A stretch of DNA of 24,511 nt from a virus (Duplodnaviria; Caudoviricetes). The stretch covers positions 1 to 24,511 of the IMG/VR virus record IMGVR_UViG_3300009442_000037. One strand, given 5' to 3'. The position numbers and the translations under genes were made by a program. Below the pieces are notes generated by a model. It had not been told where the DNA came from. It saw only the letters and a program-made list of their open reading frames with translations, and did no database searches. Positions 21,751-24,511 of this stretch are shown here, piece after piece; positions within the stretch are counted from its first letter, which is position 1, and the number at the start of each line of letters is the position of its first letter.

Positions 21751-24170
21751 CTAGGTTCAAAGGTACCTAAGCCGAACCCACTCCCAAGTATATCGTTTCC
21801 AGAGGATTCGAAGTTTTTAGGTGGTGAGTCATTTTTTCTTTGATCGATCAACTCACTTTGCTGAGTTGCTTGTAATTTTGTTCTTTCGTCCTTGCGGTCT
21901 TCTTTCTGCTGCTCTTTTGATTTCTGGCCTTCAACCTCAACCCCTTTAAGCTGCATGTTGTATTGGAACTCCAAAGCCATAAGCTCTTTCTTAGCTTCAA
22001 CTTCACTTTGCATTTTCTGTTGCTCAAGCTGCGCTTTCATTTGTTCAAGCTGTGCTTTTGTTTGGAACAGCGCCTGGTCTTTCTGCACTTCAGCCTGTGC
22101 TGCAACTTGTTGTGCCTGTGCGTTTGCTTGTGCCTGTGCTTGTATGTTTTCTTGCTGCATTTGTTGGTCACGCTCAAGTTTCTTCTTGCGGCGTAGCTTC
22201 AACAACTGGTTAGCTAACTTAAGGTTTTTAACCTCACGAATATCAATAGCATCCTCAAGGTCAATCAACCCTGCGGACAGTGCTGTTTGAATATTGTTTT
22301 CCAACATTCCTTTCTCTTCGTCATCTGGCGACAACTCTAGCATAATACCAAAGTCGTAAAGGTGCAATTCAGTAAGCTCGCTTAACGTAGCCACATTGAA
22401 TCCACCAATCTTTTGTATAAACGCATCACGCGACGGGCTGTACTCTAGTATATCAGATATTCTAAGTGACAATCCTTCTGCTACGTCAGCTGTTAAGAAC
22501 AACCCAGCATCCAGTATGTGGCGTGTAGCTGTGTTTGAATTTGCCGCTGCAAGTTTCTGTACGCCAACCAATGCTCTTGCATCAGGTGATGAACCATCAC
22601 GAGCTTCATTAAGACCCGTAACGTCACGAATCATCTGCAAGTAATAGTTATACGTCTGGATTAAAGTTTGTAGCTTCTGACCGCCCGCACCCGTCTGTAA
22701 CGGCTGAATAGGCACTTTACCAGGGTTCATATCACCCTCTTGTGTAAATGACCTACCAATAACAGAACCCGTTTGGAAGAACATGTTTAATGCTTCTTGC
22801 GGGTTGTAGTTTGTACCGTTACCTAAATCAATTTCAGCAAGACCATCAGCATCCATATAAACACCATCAGGCATCATCTTAGATAGTACTTGCTGCATCT
22901 TTAAGTGTGTAAGCTGAACCATATCAGCAAAGCCAGTACAACGACTTACAATAGACTCGATACGGCCTTTATACATTCTAGGCGCTACAATACTGTAATT
23001 CATTTTTACTTTATTGTAATCGCTCTTGGGGCGCATCATGTTCTCTGCAATACCCCATTCAAGCAGTATGCTTGTACCCAATACTATTGCACCTTCATAA
23101 AGTACTTCTAGTGAGCGCGATGCTTTAGCAAAACCTTCAGCATCGGCTGGCGGGTTAAACTGGTCGTCACGTAGTATTACTTTCTCAGCGCCTGTAGCTG
23201 TTTCTTTAATCTTGTACACTTCATTCATGTACGTCTTGTAATTGAAGTACAGTATTTGAACGGTGTTTGAATCGTAGTAATTGTCGTTAATCTCGCTTCT
23301 ATTCCAGCTACCCGTTAGGTTTTGTGATCCACTACCTTTAATTTCGTCTAAATCTTCTTGCGTTAGCGAAGGATACTGCTTCTTAAGTTCACTAATCGGT
23401 ATGGTCTTTACTTCACCAACATAATAAATGTCTTCAAAGTATGGTGATTCCGTGTACGAATACACTAGGTTAGCCGGGTCAACGTAATCAACTAAAACAC
23501 CTTCTGATTCAGAGAAAGTGTTTTTAACAGCACCTATACCAATGGTTGTTAAATCGTGGTATACACGTCTTTTAATTAAGTCGTACTTGTTGCCCTCTAG
23601 TAATGTGTTTATCGCAACCTCTTCAGCAATTTCAATACCTTGCTTGTAGCTGAGCTGCATATGTAACTCAAGCTCTTCTTTAGATTCCGGCAATGCCGCA
23701 GGATCGTTTTCGTATAAGTTAATACCAAATGCTTCAGCTGCATAGTCGTTGAGCTCTTTAGTTTGCATGTCTCTAATAATAGAGTCCATGTACTTTGTGC
23801 GCTTTTCAACACCGTACGGATCTTGAGAGTATGCCTTGATATCAAAAGACCGATCTGCAATACCGTTAACAACGATATCAACAAATTTAGAAAGTATTGG
23901 GACTGGCTTCCAATCGAGGTTAAGATAAGATAAATCACCATTTATGGATAGCTCGTCTTTATATTTCTGTATAGGCTGTTCACCGCGTGCGTATAATCGT
24001 AAACTGTGAAAGCTGTCTTGATTGCTTCTGAATCTTACGCTCCCTTGGTTGCCATCAAACCACTCGTTCTGAATAGCTCGACCTACCTGCAGGCCATAAG
24101 CAGGCGACATCTTTTCTTGGTCGCTAGCCACTTGGCTTGGGAAAAAGTTACTTGCAGCTGAGTTAGCCAT
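21747..24170 (-). CDS. Portal protein (807 aa)
   Basis: Immediately downstream of the terminase. It contains LSYLNLDWKPVPILSKFVDIVVNG and IRDVTGLNEARDGS, and ends in a long Gln/Ala-rich coiled coil (P22-like barrel). Confidence 0.88.
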   Translation of the reverse strand: MANSAASNFFPSQVASDQEKMSPAYGLQVGRAIQNEWFDGNQGSVRFRSNQDSFHSLRLYARGEQPIQKYKDELSINGDLSYLNLDWKPVPILSKFVDIVVNGIADRSFDIKAYSQDPYGVEKRTKYMDSIIRDMQTKELNDYAAEAFGINLYENDPAALPESKEELELHMQLSYKQGIEIAEEVAINTLLEGNKYDLIKRRVYHDLTTIGIGAVKNTFSESEGVLVDYVDPANLVYSYTESPYFEDIYYVGEVKTIPISELKKQYPSLTQEDLDEIKGSGSQNLTGSWNRSEINDNYYDSNTVQILYFNYKTYMNEVYKIKETATGAEKVILRDDQFNPPADAEGFAKASRSLEVLYEGAIVLGTSILLEWGIAENMMRPKSDYNKVKMNYSIVAPRMYKGRIESIVSRCTGFADMVQLTHLKMQQVLSKMMPDGVYMDADGLAEIDLGNGTNYNPQEALNMFFQTGSVIGRSFTQEGDMNPGKVPIQPLQTGAGGQKLQTLIQTYNYYLQMIRDVTGLNEARDGSSPDARALVGVQKLAAANSNTATRHILDAGLFLTADVAEGLSLRISDILEYSPSRDAFIQKIGGFNVATLSELTELHLYDFGIMLELSPDDEEKGMLENNIQTALSAGLIDLEDAIDIREVKNLKLANQLLKLRRKKKLERDQQMQQENIQAQAQANAQAQQVAAQAEVQKDQALFQTKAQLEQMKAQLEQQKMQSEVEAKKELMALEFQYNMQLKGVEVEGQKSKEQQKEDRKDERTKLQATQQSELIDQRKNDSPPKNFESSGNDILGSGFGLGTFEPR

Positions 24171-24174
24171 ATTG

Positions 24175-24510
24175 TTATTTTATTATTTTTGAAGTAAAAC
24201 CGTCTTGGCTGTACCTAGCCACTTTAAGGTTTAATTTTGTTTTCTGTTGCTCTCCTACCGGCCTGTATAAATCTTTATGACATGCCATAATTGCGAGACC
24301 CGAGCTGATAGAAGCATCGTGCTTTGTACGATTGTTTATATCAAACTTAGACCAGTCATTAAGTGTATCGTTAAAATACATGGCGCCGTACTCGCCTTCA
24401 CTAAGCATACCAACGTGTTCGTTAATATACATTTCAATTGCAGCAGCGTGTGCTTGCTTTATGTCTTGGCTAGAGTTCGGTATTCCACCTATCTCTTTTT
24501 CAGTTACGGA
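24175..24510 (-). CDS. terL: Terminase large subunit, C-terminal nuclease region (5'-truncated by window edge)
   Basis: The frame is open to the window edge: SVTEKEIGGIPNSSQDIKQAHAAAIEMYI...MYFNDTLNDWSKFDINNRTKHDASISSGLAIMA. The terminal HD/DxxI helix fits the RNase H-like domain, and the gene lies directly upstream of the portal. Confidence 0.82.
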   Translation of the reverse strand, partial: SVTEKEIGGIPNSSQDIKQAHAAAIEMYINEHVGMLSEGEYGAMYFNDTLNDWSKFDINNRTKHDASISSGLAIMACHKDLYRPVGEQQKTKLNLKVARYSQDGFTSKIIK

Positions 24511-24511
24511 A

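Noticed and set aside
22017-22160. Short repeats in the portal C-terminus (KAQLEQ x2, QAQAQANAQAQQ)
   Set aside because: Ordinary low-complexity coiled-coil sequence of a P22-like portal barrel.
2423-23111. Numerous + strand ORFs of 60-157 aa (e.g. 8498-8971, 20602-21075, 21892-22290) and short alternative-frame minus ORFs
   Set aside because: They lie wholly within long, well-supported minus-strand genes. The + strand ones have the Ser/Leu/Phe-rich composition of antisense shadows, and none shows recognisable motifs.
333-24510. Stop-codon reassignment as in some Crassvirales
   Set aside because: All genes are full length and tightly packed under the standard bacterial code. Stops are TAA except one TGA, and no genes are fragmented by in-frame TAG or TGA.
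1-24511. tRNA genes, introns, inteins, integrase or DGR elements
   Set aside because: Intergenic gaps are at most ~100 nt and are explained by terminators, leaders or the M15 relic. No cloverleaf, homing endonuclease, intein, recombinase or reverse-transcriptase motifs were seen.

Overview
Late (morphogenesis) region of a lytic podovirus-type phage of Bacteroidota, probably Flavobacteriia. It has a Crassvirales-like head/tail gene set, and its AT-rich leaders lack Shine-Dalgarno sequences. Reading the minus strand from the right edge: terminase large subunit (C-terminal part), portal, acidic scaffold-like protein, major capsid protein, a 284-aa conserved protein, two ring/adaptor-like proteins and a 1441-aa muzzle/tail-nozzle-like protein. 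These are followed by three putative ejection proteins (246, 381 and 2662 aa), a T7-lysozyme-type amidase, a 54-aa holin-like ORF and four translationally coupled small basic ORFs. A bidirectional terminator separates this unit from the convergent C-terminus of a class Ia ribonucleotide reductase alpha subunit. Three observations stand out. (1) The four small Lys-rich proteins, one missed by the ORF track, share an S-P-[A/F/L]-K motif. (2) The 2662-aa protein looks like a polyvalent polyprotein, with a HExxH...E metallopeptidase motif and recurring KFSK motifs flanking an AT-rich module. (3) A ~33-codon relic of an M15-type peptidase endolysin lies just before the amidase, suggesting endolysin replacement. 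All family assignments come from motif recognition by eye, not database searches.
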